From: Prasinococcaceae sp. CCMP 1430
Taxonomy: Eukaryota; Plantae; Prasinodermophyta
Direction of reading: 5' to 3'
Length of the DNA: 64,000 nucleotides
Assembly (NCBI GenBank): GCA_013416795.1
Contig: RQSC01000014.1
Location: 112,302 to 176,301, forward strand
Shown here: positions 1 to 11,660 of the stretch, in pieces
Layout: every line of letters begins with the position of its first letter
How positions within the stretch are numbered: the stretch's first letter is position 1
The notes under the pieces: model-generated
Database searches by the model: none
Seen by the model: the letters and a program-made list of their open reading frames with translations, nothing else
Told to the model about the DNA's origin: nothing
Translations under genes and position numbers: made by a program

Positions 1-984
1 GCGCGCGACCGGCGCGGCGGCGGGCGCCATCACCCGACGCCGCGCGGCAAGAGGACGGCACCGCGAGGTGTTCGGGGGGGAAGAAGGCTGCGCGTGTGTG
101 TTGTTGTGGGGGCCCGGGCGTGTGGGGCCACCTTCACGTGTGCGCCGGCTGTCAATCCCGCCGACGCGGCGGGACGCGCGCGCCCCGCGCGGCGCGCCCC
201 GCGCGTTGGAAGGGGGGCCGGGGGCACGCGCGCGCGCTGACTGTGCGCGCGCGCGCGCGCGAGCGCAGCGCGCGAGTGGATAAGTCCGCCGAACCGAAAA
301 CAAAAAAGGTTTTCGGGCGTTTTTGCCGGAAAGTACCACGAAATAAACAAAATCAAAATCCGGGGTCTTCGGAAAGACGGCGGCGTGCGGCGTGATGTGT
401 TGCAATGCGATTTGATGTGGGGAAGGGAGAGAGCGCTGCGGCCGCTCTGGAAGGGTGGCAGGACGTCATGTTCGCCACTGTGGACGCCGAGTACGACGAG
501 CGCGAGCGCCCGGGAGCGCGCGCGGCGGTCTGTGCCCGACCTCGCGCTGCCGCCGGTCGGCGATGCGCCACGGTTGCGCCTTTGGCGCCGGCCGCAGCAG
601 CTGCCACCATGCATGGCGTCCACGCCTGGATGGCGCGAGCAGCGAGCGCGGCAGCGCATGCGTGCGCCCGATCGCGTCTCGCTCGTGCTCGAGGAAAAGA
701 AGCGCGGCCGCATTTTGGGCCTCGGCCGCATGCAGGCTGTGCGCCGCGGCGCCGCAGTGCCGCAGAGCGGCAGCGCTTGTGCAGGCGGCGCACGTGGGTG
801 CTGGGCGCGCCGCGTCGATGAGGCTGCTACGGCATCCTTTCCGACGGCTTCAGTTTGCGGGTGTGTGGTATGCCAGTGCCTGCATGTCGCGCCCGACGCT
901 GACTCACTCGCGGCCACCCCTTCTCTGTCGCTCTCACTGCTTGTGCGCTCCCTCTTGCACGTGTAGTTTCCCCCGCCGCTCATC

Positions 985-1314
985 ATGCCGAAGGCCATGG
1001 ACACCTGCTGCCGCGAGTACACCATCCACCTTGCCACGCGCGTGCACGGCAAGACCTTCAAGAAGAAGGCGCCGACCGCCGTGAAGAAGGTGAAGGAGTT
1101 CGCGCAGAAGATGATGGGCACGTCGGACGTGCGCGTGGACACGCGCCTCAACAAGGCGCTGTGGGCTGGCGGCATCCGCTCGACGCCGAAGCGCATTCGC
1201 GTGCAGATCGAGCGCAGGCGCGCCGACGACGAGGACGCCAAGGAGGAGTTCTACAGCTACGTCACCCACGTTGAGGGCGACTTCCGCGGCCAGGGCGTCA
1301 AGGTCATCGAGTAA
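985..1314 (+). CDS. RPL31: 60S ribosomal protein L31 (eL31)
   Basis: REYTIHL...[47 protein letters not shown]...DDEDAKEE matches eL31; strongly GC3-biased codons. Confidence 0.96.
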   Translation: MPKAMDTCCREYTIHLATRVHGKTFKKKAPTAVKKVKEFAQKMMGTSDVRVDTRLNKALWAGGIRSTPKRIRVQIERRRADDEDAKEEFYSYVTHVEGDFRGQGVKVIE

Positions 1315-1330
1315 AGCGCCATCCCGCGCC

Positions 1331-1335
1331 TGTAA
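1331..1335 (+). terminator. TGTAA polyadenylation-type signal downstream of RPL31
   Basis: TGTAA lies 16 nt after the RPL31 stop; TGTAA is the known green-algal near-upstream poly(A) element. Confidence 0.5.
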
Positions 1336-1486
1336 GATGTCTTGACTATTAACAAGAGGTGCTGCGCGTTACGCATGTGCGCCAGCGCGTGCATGCGTGC
1401 GCGCGTGCGTGCATCCGCGTGGACGCAACGAAACTGTGTTACTGCTGTGCTCGCGTACGCGTCATCGCACGCGCGTTGACGTGATC

Positions 1487-4400
1487 TCAGCCGCCTGCGC
1501 TCGGATTTTGGCCTGCGCTCGGATTGTCCGCCGGTTGTTTTGGTGGCGGCTTCGGCGGCGGTGCTGGAGGCGGAGCTAGTGCCTGACCCGAAACCAGTTT
1601 TGAGTACGCGCCGCCACGAGAGAGTAGCTCCTTGTGCGTCCCGCGCTCGATGACTTGGCCCTTGTTGAGGACGCAGATCTGGTCGCAGGAGCGGATGGTG
1701 CTCAGTCTGTGCGCTACGACGAGCACCGTGCGGCCGCGCATGCAGCGCTCGAGCGCCTCGTGCACGAGGCGCTCCGACTGAACATCCAGCGCGCTGGTCG
1801 CTTCGTCCAGGATGAGCACCTTTGGCGCCTTGAGGATTGCACGCGCGATGGCGATGCGCTGCTTTTGCCCGCCGCTGAGCGCCGTGCCGCGCTCGCCAAC
1901 CATCGTGTCGTATCCCTCGGGAAATTGCTCGATGAAGGAGTGCGCATTGGCCTCCTTGGCCGCGGCGACCACCTCCTCGTCGCTCGCGTTGGGGCGCGCG
2001 AAGCGGATATTCTCCTTCACTGACGCGCTGAAGAGAAGCGGCTCCTGGCCGACGACCCCCATGTTGCCGCGAAGCCAGTCCAGGTCGAGCGTCTTGATGG
2101 GCGAGCCATCGACCAAAACCTCGCCGCTGTCAACATCGTACAGGCGCAACAGTAGCTGCGCAATGGTTGACTTGCCCGCACCGCTCGGACCGCACAGCGC
2201 TGTCGACGTGCCTGGCTCGAGAACCAAATCCACGCCGTGCAGCACCTGCGCATCCTGGCGAGTTGGGTAGGCGAAGTCGACGCCCCTCAGCTCCAGCCTG
2301 CCCTTCATGTGGCCACGAGACCAGCGCGGTATGGTGCCACCGCGCCCGCCAGCGTTCATCTCAATCTCGACGGGCTCTGACAGCGCGATGTAGTAGTGTA
2401 TCACAGCGGCCCCGCCGCGCATGATGGTCTCTTGCATGCCCGTGAGAGTGCCGAAGGCCATTGCCGCGCGCTGCGCGTAGTTCAGGATGCTCGTGAGCTG
2501 CCCAACTGTGAGCTCTCCCCTGTTCACGAGCATCGCCCCATAGAGCATAAAGACGACCTGGCCGCCCGCGGCGAGGAAACTGGAGAATGCGCCCGACCGG
2601 GCGATGCTGTTGGTAACTCTTGCGCCGAGATATTCCGCCTTTTGGAGCATCTTTTCAAATTTGTCTGCGGTGCGCCCCTCGGCGGCAAAGTGCCTGACGG
2701 TGCGAACGCCCGCCAGAGCCTCGAGCGCGTAGCTCTTGGCGGCGCCGCCCGCCTCGAGTGCCGCATGGATGAGCGACCGCAGATTGCCCCCGCTCATCAT
2801 TGCAAGCATGACTGCCGGAGGTAGGGTGAGCCCGATGAATTTGGCCATCTTAGGCGACGTGCCTAAAATGTACCCGCCCGCCACGCAGAACGTGGCGCTC
2901 GCGTTCACCATTCCAACTAAAAGCTCCTTCACGATGACGTTGCAAGACGCATTGACGTCGTCAGACATGCGCTGCACGAGCACGGCCGTGTCAGTGCGGT
3001 CGAAGAACGCAATGTCCTTCGCCAGCATCTCGCCGAACAGCCTCGCTTGCATTGAGACAATCATGCTCCTCATCACGCGCTGCGACACCTGCACGGACAG
3101 CAGGCGCATCACGCCCATGCCGACGAGCTGGGCCATCGCAATCCCGAACGGCCGCAACGGCGGCACGCCGCCCGCCCTCGTCGTGCCCCCGGCGATGACA
3201 TCAAACAGCTGCCCGATTATGGCCGGTGCCGTCGCCTGCGCCAAGAAGCTCCCCATCGAAAAGCAAGCTACCAGCCCGAGCGACCATTTATACTCCCAGA
3301 CAAGCACCATCAGTGCAAGCAATGGCGACGCGGTCTCCTCATCAGGCACACTTGGCACGGCGTCCACGGCGCTGTTCGCCACACCTTTGGGGATCCTGCC
3401 CGCGCTGCTGGTCTCGCTCGACCCATCAATGAGGTCTTCGTCACCGTCAATGCCGTCGTGGCCATTCTCGCTCGCGAAAATGTGTGCAAAGGCGCTGTCG
3501 ACCTCGCAGTCGGTCTCGCCAGCGTCGACTTGGGAGACATCCTGCTCACGATCAACGAACTCACTGGTGCATTCGGCGACGGCGCCATCGGCACCGGCTG
3601 CCGTCACCGCGGCCGCGGCGGCGCTCTCGTCGGAGCCGACGGGAGATCCTGCTGTGTGCTGCTCCTCCTCATAGACCGCGCCCTCGGGCGCACTGCAGGA
3701 TTCGATCGTGCCCTCTTCGCGAGTTCCATCAGGACGACGCTTGTCGTCACCGGCGGCGACTTCCGTGGGGGCAGAGCCCTCTTCAGGCGTCTCGGAGGGG
3801 AGGGCATCCTGCTGATGCTCAACAGGTGCATTGGTGCCGCCGCCGCCGCCGGCGGCGTCAACCGCGGCCGGTGCCATTGGCACGTCGTCTTCTACATGCG
3901 CCTCAACGGGTGGGGCATCCTGCAGATGTTCAACGAGCGCATCGATGTCGGCGACGTCGGTGTCGGCGGCTGCGGCGCCATTGGCGTTATCGACGCGCTG
4001 CTCGGCTCCGGTGGACGCGCCTTCCTCCTCGCGCTCGTCCACCGCTTCCACGCGCTCACACGTATTGGCCGGCACGTGTGCAGCACCGATGGCATTTTCT
4101 GTTGCGCACGTGTCCTCAACGAGCGCTTCGGTGGGGGTATCACCCTGCTGATCTTCAGCGAGCGCGTTGGTGGCGTCGGCGCTGGCACCGTCGTCCTCGC
4201 CATCGGCGGGAACATCATCGGCAATTTCGGCGCTCGCCTTGGCTCCGTCAGAAGCGCCAGCCTGCGCCTCCCCGCCCTCCTCCGCAACGCACTCGGATAC
4301 GTCGGAGGCGCCTTCCGCAACGCATTCCGGTGTCGCTTTCGCCGCTTCAACAGCCTCCTTATGCTTTTCCTGCTCTTCCACCCATTCCGACACATCGCGG

Positions 4401-4750
4401 GCGCCTTCTGCGACGCATTCGGGCATTGCATTGATGATTGCCGCCTCGAGCGGCGAGGTCGCCGCGCTCAGCCACGAGCCGAGCGCGAGCGCGGCAGTCA
4501 CGGCGTGAGCGGCCGCAGGCGAGAGCGAAGTTGCCGTTCCGCCGGTGGACGACGCAGCAGCGTACGCGCCAGCGCCGGCGCCGGCGGCGATCGCAGCCGC
4601 GGCTGCGAGCGTGTACGCGGAGTAGCAGGATGCCGCGCCGGCACTCGCGCCGGCTCCCGCCCCTGCGCCAGCGCTCGCGCCGCCGAATGCAGTGGTGCGC
4701 CCCAACGGGTGCGCGGCGAAGTGCGCGGTTGAGTCCAGCCGCGCGCGCTC
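1487..4750 (-). CDS. ABCB-type half-size ABC transporter with long acidic low-complexity N-terminal extension (start uncertain)
   Basis: TM domain (LGLVACFSMGSFLAQ...), Walker A GPSGAGKST, Q-loop VVGQEP, signature LSGGQKQRIAIARA, Walker B LILDEATSALD, H-loop VAHRLST; stop TGA at 1487-1489. Confidence 0.9.
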   Translation of the reverse strand, partial: ERARLDSTAHFAAHPLGRTTAFGGASAGAGAGAGASAGAASCYSAYTLAAAAAIAAGAGAGAYAAASSTGGTATSLSPAAAHAVTAALALGSWLSAATSPLEAAIINAMPECVAEGARDVSEWVEEQEKHKEAVEAAKATPECVAEGASDVSECVAEEGGEAQAGASDGAKASAEIADDVPADGEDDGASADATNALAEDQQGDTPTEALVEDTCATENAIGAAHVPANTCERVEAVDEREEEGASTGAEQRVDNANGAAAADTDVADIDALVEHLQDAPPVEAHVEDDVPMAPAAVDAAGGGGGTNAPVEHQQDALPSETPEEGSAPTEVAAGDDKRRPDGTREEGTIESCSAPEGAVYEEEQHTAGSPVGSDESAAAAAVTAAGADGAVAECTSEFVDREQDVSQVDAGETDCEVDSAFAHIFASENGHDGIDGDEDLIDGSSETSSAGRIPKGVANSAVDAVPSVPDEETASPLLALMVLVWEYKWSLGLVACFSMGSFLAQATAPAIIGQLFDVIAGGTTRAGGVPPLRPFGIAMAQLVGMGVMRLLSVQVSQRVMRSMIVSMQARLFGEMLAKDIAFFDRTDTAVLVQRMSDDVNASCNVIVKELLVGMVNASATFCVAGGYILGTSPKMAKFIGLTLPPAVMLAMMSGGNLRSLIHAALEAGGAAKSYALEALAGVRTVRHFAAEGRTADKFEKMLQKAEYLGARVTNSIARSGAFSSFLAAGGQVVFMLYGAMLVNRGELTVGQLTSILNYAQRAAMAFGTLTGMQETIMRGGAAVIHYYIALSEPVEIEMNAGGRGGTIPRWSRGHMKGRLELRGVDFAYPTRQDAQVLHGVDLVLEPGTSTALCGPSGAGKSTIAQLLLRLYDVDSGEVLVDGSPIKTLDLDWLRGNMGVVGQEPLLFSASVKENIRFARPNASDEEVVAAAKEANAHSFIEQFPEGYDTMVGERGTALSGGQKQRIAIARAILKAPKVLILDEATSALDVQSERLVHEALERCMRGRTVLVVAHRLSTIRSCDQICVLNKGQVIERGTHKELLSRGGAYSKLVSGQALAPPPAPPPKPPPKQPADNPSAGQNPSAGG

Positions 4751-5112
4751 ATGTTCTTTTACGAGTTTCCGCACGCACCCCGCGTGCAGTGTGGCCTCGT
4801 GTCGCGTGCGGCGGTGCGGACGCGCGTGTGCATGACGCGCGGGGCGGGCGGGTGCGGGGTGGGGGTTGAGGAGGGCTGTTGGGGTGTGAGAGGGGCCGCG
4901 GCGGAGGGGGAGGGACGGACGGGGCAACGAGAATGAATGGGGTTTTGGGATTTTTTGGGGCTGCGTGACACGTGTCAAGGCATCCGGGGGGCGGCGGTCG
5001 CGGAGGCCTCATCAAATTGCACCGCCCGGGGCCTCGAGCGCCCGGCTCCGCATCGAAATGAACGCATATACAAACCCTGATAGCGCAAAACCCTTAATAC
5101 TGACTGTTCTTT

Positions 5113-6599
<1,487 letters not shown>

Positions 6600-7939
6600 G
6601 AGGGTGCGCAACTAGGTGCTAGCGAGACGAGGGACGCTGGCCTCTGTGGCGCCGGCGCACACAGACGCCGGCGCGGCCCACTCATCAGCGGTGCGCAGCC
6701 GTCCCACGCCGCGCGATGCCTCACATGCTCGCGCCCTGACGCCACGCTGCGACGCGCGCTCGCTTGCAATACGCGGCGCAGGTGCTACTCGGCCTGATGG
6801 ACGCAGGGCTGCTCTACTTCGTGATTGACCTCTTCTTTCAGGAGCTGCAAACGGGCCGCGGCGACTGCCTCCGCCCGATTATGGCGCTTCAGGCAATCTC
6901 TGCGAGCACCATGCTGATGACGTGCGTGCAAATGGACCCGCCACCTGCGAAACGGGCGTCGATAAGGACGCGGACACCGGCGCAAGCACCGGCGCCGACG
7001 AGCCCAAGACCATCACGGAAAAGAAGGAGGAGTAATGGACGCCCGGAAGAGGGGTTGGAAACACGCCCCGAATCGCGCTGCGAGGGCGGTGCACTGGCGC
7101 CGCGCGCGGTCGCCTGCGTGCATGCACAGGAGTAAAACGTTGAAGCTGTGCACATCCACGTCACGGGCTCACGGGGCAGTGGCGGCGTGTCAGCCGCAAG
7201 AATCATCTCCCCCGGGTCGAGCGCGTTCGCGCCGCTCGCTCGCTAGTGAGGACGCAGACATGCAATGAACTCAATGATGTTATTATAATGTATAACTAGC
7301 CTATTCCACGACCTGATTGAAACCTCAGCGATACGCGCGAGGAGGGCGCGGCGGCCGCGGGGATGGAGGGGAGGAGGTCATGAGGAGAGGACGCGGACGC
7401 GAGCGTGCGGTCCCACGGCCGGCGCGCGCGGCGCCGACCGACCTACGCAGAGGGGGCGCCAGCCAGCGCACCTACCAGCCACCCGCCCGCCCACCCGCCG
7501 AGACCAACCAACCCGCACGCACACACACACCGCATCCCAGCCACAGACAGGCAGCGCCCGCGCCGTGCCCCTCGTCGCTTCGCCGCCGCGTTCCTTCCTC
7601 GCCCACGACCGAATCCGACGCCGCTGTCTGTCCTCGTCCACGTGGGGGCGGTGGCATCACAACATCGCAGTCACAGTTTGTTGTGAGCGTGGATAAAAAT
7701 AAAAATAAAAATAAATCAAAATCGAAATCAAAAAGAAGTATCTGGGATGATACTGTTGTACATACGCGCGCGAATCGAAAACGCGCATGAAAAAAGCAAG
7801 AGAAAACCTGCAGCGCCCGCGTTTTTCCCCCTTTTTTTTCCGTCTCCCTCCTCCCCTGCCCGTCGCGGCGGCGCCCACCGGCCCGCAGCCGCCGCCAGCC
7901 GCCGCCGCCCTCCAGCACAGCGGCCGCGGCCCGAAAAGC

Positions 7940-7970
7940 GCGCGCGCGCGCGCGCGCGCGCGCGCGCGCG
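7940..7970. repeat. (GC)n dinucleotide microsatellite upstream of GMP synthase (similar runs near 248, 20200 and 39862)
   Basis: Uninterrupted alternating GC run visible directly. Confidence 0.9.
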
Positions 7971-8325
7971 AGCGCCCGCTTTTTTCGCTCCGGGCTCCCG
8001 AATGATTCCGATCGTCGCCGCGAGCGCCGGCCGGCGCGCCTCTCTCACTCACCCCTTGCCCGGCTGGGGACCCGCAGCGTGGCATGCCACGGACGGACGG
8101 AAGGACGGAGCCGGAGCGGGCGCCGCACCTGACTGGCCCGGTTGTCTCGGTGGGTCGGGCGGCAGAGCAGAGCTTCTCGCCCGCGCGCACGCGAGAATCG
8201 ATCGACGGGCGATGGGCGACGGAGCAGGCGGCTGCACGAGCGAGAGCGAAAGGCGAGCGGGCTGTCTGAAACATGGTCGCCCGTGGGTGAATGTATCGCN
8301 GGTGGCGGGAACGGACGCCGCGGCG

Positions 8326-9990
8326 ATGGCGATGACGGGCGGCGAGCCGCCCTCGAAGCGCGCGAAGGCCGCGGATGGCGGCGCCAACACGGGGCCGGCG
8401 GCGGGAACGCACGCAGGCGGCGTGGTCATCCTCGACTACGGCTCGCAGTACACCCAGCTCATTGCGCGCAAGGTGCGCGAGCTCGGCGTGTACGCCGTGC
8501 TGCTGCCCGGCGACGCCGAGCTCAGCCGCGTGCAGGAGCACAAGCCCGCGGCGGTCGTGCTCAGCGGTGGGCCGAACTCGGTGCACTGGGAGGGCGCGCC
8601 GCAGGCGCCCGAGGGCTTCTGGGAGTGGCAGGAGGAGGTGGGCACGCCCACGCTCGGCATCTGCTACGGCATGCAGCTCATCGTCAAGACGTTCGGGGGC
8701 GTCGTGACGCCGGGCGACGCCAAGGAGTACGGCCGCATGGTCATCCACGCCGAGGACGGCTCCTCGCTGTACAACGGCCAAGCGCTGGAGCAGAGCGTGT
8801 GGATGTCGCACGGCGACGAGGCGTCCGAGCTGCCGTCGGGCTTCACCTGCGTCGCGCGCTCCGCGCAGGCCGTCTGCGTGGCCATCGAGAACACCACGCG
8901 CAAGGTGTACGGCATCCAGTACCACCCCGAGGTGACGCACAGCGAGAAGGGCATCGAGACGCTCAGGAACTTCGTGTTCAACATCGCGGGCTGCGCGAAG
9001 AACTGGACCATGCAGGACGTGCTCGACGAGCAGGTCGCTGCCATCCGCGCCAAGGTGCCGGAGGGTGCGCACGCCATCTGCGCCCTGAGCGGCGGCGTGG
9101 ACTCGTGCGTCGCCGCCACGCTGGTGCACCGCGCCATCGGCGACCGCCTGCACTGCGTGTTCGTGGACAACGGCCTGCTCCGATACAAGGAGGCGGAGCG
9201 CGTGATGAGCATGTTCAAGGATCAGCTGCACCTGCCCGTGACGCTCGTGGATGCCAAGGAGGAGTTCCTCGGCAAGCTCAAGGGCGTGACCGAGCCCGAG
9301 AAGAAGCGCAAGATCATCGGCGCCGAGTTCATCGCAGTCTTCGACAGGTTCGCCAAGGGGCTCGAGGCGGAACTCGGTCATGTCCCGGAGTTCCTCGTGC
9401 AGGGCACGCTGTACCCCGACGTCATCGAGAGCGCGCCGCCGCCGGGCTCGGGCATGAAGCACTCGCACACCATCAAGAGCCACCACAACGTGGGCGGCCT
9501 GCCGGAGAAGATGCGCTTCGCGCTCATCGAGCCGCTGCGCTGGCTCTTCAAGGATGAGGTGCGGCGGCTTGGTGCGCTGATCGAGGTGCCCAAGATGTTC
9601 CTTTCGAGGCACCCCTTCCCGGGTCCCGGCCTCGCGGTGCGCGTGATCGGCGACGTGTGCGCGGAAGGCGCGCTTGACACCATCCGCCTGGTGGACGAGA
9701 TCTTCATCGAGGAGATCAAGGCCGCCGGCCTGTACGACGAGATCTGGCAGGCGTTCGCGGTGCACCTGCCGGTCAAGTCGGTGGGCGTGCAGGGCGACTG
9801 CCGCACGCATCGTCACGTGGTCGCGCTGCGCGCTATCACCTCTGCCGATGGTATGACCGCCGACTGGTACGACTTCACGCCAGCATTCCTGCGCCAGGTC
9901 AGCACCAAGATTTGCAACCGAGTGGAGGGCGTGAACCGCGTCGCCTACGACATCACAAGCAAGCCGCCGGCGACTGTCGAGTGGGAGTGA
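8326..9990 (+). CDS. GUA1: GMP synthase (glutamine-hydrolysing)
   Basis: ILDYGSQYTQLIARKVRE, LGICYGMQ (catalytic Cys), QYHPEV, ALSGGVDS, IKSHHNVGGLP, RHPFPGPGLAVR, YDITSKPPATVEWE; intronless. Confidence 0.98.
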   Translation: MAMTGGEPPSKRAKAADGGANTGPAAGTHAGGVVILDYGSQYTQLIARKVRELGVYAVLLPGDAELSRVQEHKPAAVVLSGGPNSVHWEGAPQAPEGFWEWQEEVGTPTLGICYGMQLIVKTFGGVVTPGDAKEYGRMVIHAEDGSSLYNGQALEQSVWMSHGDEASELPSGFTCVARSAQAVCVAIENTTRKVYGIQYHPEVTHSEKGIETLRNFVFNIAGCAKNWTMQDVLDEQVAAIRAKVPEGAHAICALSGGVDSCVAATLVHRAIGDRLHCVFVDNGLLRYKEAERVMSMFKDQLHLPVTLVDAKEEFLGKLKGVTEPEKKRKIIGAEFIAVFDRFAKGLEAELGHVPEFLVQGTLYPDVIESAPPPGSGMKHSHTIKSHHNVGGLPEKMRFALIEPLRWLFKDEVRRLGALIEVPKMFLSRHPFPGPGLAVRVIGDVCAEGALDTIRLVDEIFIEEIKAAGLYDEIWQAFAVHLPVKSVGVQGDCRTHRHVVALRAITSADGMTADWYDFTPAFLRQVSTKICNRVEGVNRVAYDITSKPPATVEWE

Positions 9991-10138
9991 GCGCAGCTCG
10001 CAGCGCTCGCCACGCGCCGCGCCTTGGCGGCAAGCGGTGGCCTCGCGCGCTGAGATTACTTCACCAGTATTTATAGTAACCACTTTGCGCACAACGGCCA
10101 CCGCGCGCTGTCTGCGTGGCTTGTATTGACCGCCTCGG

Positions 10139-11464
10139 TCACGGGGGCTCGCTCTGCGGGGTGTATCGCACGACAAGCGCGACCTCCCCGTCCATGCCGG
10201 CGCCGCAACCCTCAGTTTCGGCCGGCGCGCCTGCCTCGCTCGAGCCCGCTGCAGGCGGTTTGCGGATCTCCACCTCAAGAGTGGCATTCTTGCGGCGCAC
10301 CAGCCACAAGCGACCGCTGTCGTCGAGAAGCTTCAGTGAGCTGCGTGGGGCCGAGGCGGGAAGCGTGAACGCACTGCGTCAGCCATGGCAAGGGTCAAAC
10401 AAGCGCGATCTGCCGCTTGCGCGCATTGGCGAGCACGCACGGGCGCACCTGCCACCGCAGCGAAGAACGACGCCGTCCCTCCCAACCACCTCAGGCTGCG
10501 GGCCCCGGACGACGCGCACGCGTGCCCCGTGCAAGTCGAGGCGCGCAAGGCGCGCACGCAGCTCGGCTGCAGGCAGCGTGCGTGGGTCGACGTGCTGCGC
10601 GGCGAGCGCGGCCGCGCGGTCGCGCCGCCCGAGCGCGTCCTTGGCCTTGCGCCTACCGGAGGTTGCCGAGCCGAGCTCACGCCACGCGTAGCCCTGCCAG
10701 CGCCGCTGCACCTCCGTGTACAGGCCCGGGTCACGCGCAGCTGCAGGCACATCGGCCGCCGCGCGCATCCTCCGAGGCAGAGGCGCTCGTGCCGGCGGCC
10801 TCTTTGCGCGGCGCTCGCCCGCGCCGCCGCCCAGCTGCACGTGGCGCCCGCTGAGCTTCTGGGCGTACACCGATGCCGCGTCGCCCGAGGCGCGCTCACG
10901 TGTCGTGAGCAGCTCCGATACCAGCTCGAAGAGGTAGCTGCCCTCGCCGCCGCCGTTCGCGCCGCTGCCGCCTTTGCCGCCCGCTTCGCCGCGTGCAAGG
11001 GCGACTGACAGCAGCGAAGGAGGCAGCCCAGCGCGCAGCGCGTCGACCGACATAGGCTCCATGAGGGTCGCCGCACTCGCCGTCTCGCTCGGAGAAAACG
11101 TCTGGGGCGTGGCCACAGCGGGCCTGCCCATGGCCGGTGCCGCCGTCTTGGTCGCTGCAGCTCGTACTGCCGTCGCCGGTGGGGGCACGGCCGCAGTACC
11201 GTCGCGCGCGAACGCCTCGATTGGCACGATGCCACGAGTGCGGGCGCTCGCGACGGCGGCAGCGGGAGCGGCAGCGGCGCGTTTGCGCTTCCTCTCGCGC
11301 GCTGTGTCATCGTTGCCCCCACCCGCGACTGCCTTCGCCTTCGCTTTTGCCACCCTCTTGTCAAGCGTCCGTACACCGCCACCGCCGCTGCCCCCGCGCC
11401 CGCCCGCACCGAAGCGGCCCTTGAGGGCGTCCATTGCGCTCGCGAGCTTGCGCGCCTCGGCCAT
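10139..11464 (-). CDS. POP4: RNase P/MRP subunit POP4/Rpp29-like; 2 exons (11464-10449, 10340-10139)
   Basis: LARLDLHGARVRVVRGPQPEVVGRDGVVL; GT-AG intron 10448-10341 splices in frame to SLKLLDDSGRLWLVRRKNATLEVEI, the typical p29 C-terminus. Confidence 0.75.
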
Positions 11465-11660
11465 CGCTGCCGGCCCGTGCGCGTCTATGCTCGGCGCACG
11501 GGGTCCCGACAGCGCCGCGCCGCGCGCGCGCGGCGCGCATGCTCTGCCACCTATGTTTCGGATGTGTGACGCAGCGGACGGCGAATGCCACACAGCGCGC
11601 CGCACCGCGCCAGGCAGCGCAGGCGCCGGCCCCGGCCCGCATGGCGGGGTGGGCGGCGCG

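Noticed and set aside
30-966. Several overlapping ORFs upstream of RPL31 (e.g. 405-821, 385-966)
   Set aside because: No recognisable domain; Arg/Ala-rich translations typical of GC-rich non-coding or UTR/intron sequence.
6764-7206. ORFs on both strands between threonine synthase and GMP synthase
   Set aside because: No motif, weak codon bias and no consistent exon structure; cannot support a gene call.
7271-7320. C/D snoRNA-like arrangement (TCAA-TGATGT...CTGA-TTGA)
   Set aside because: Only 50 nt, imperfect C box, and no rRNA complementarity I could identify; more likely an AT-rich terminator region.
7657-10287. 876-aa minus-strand ORF and similar long antisense ORFs (5128-6615, 30127-32172, 38348-39499, 61909-63552)
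   Set aside because: Shadow ORFs opposite real genes, caused by GC3 bias removing antisense stops.
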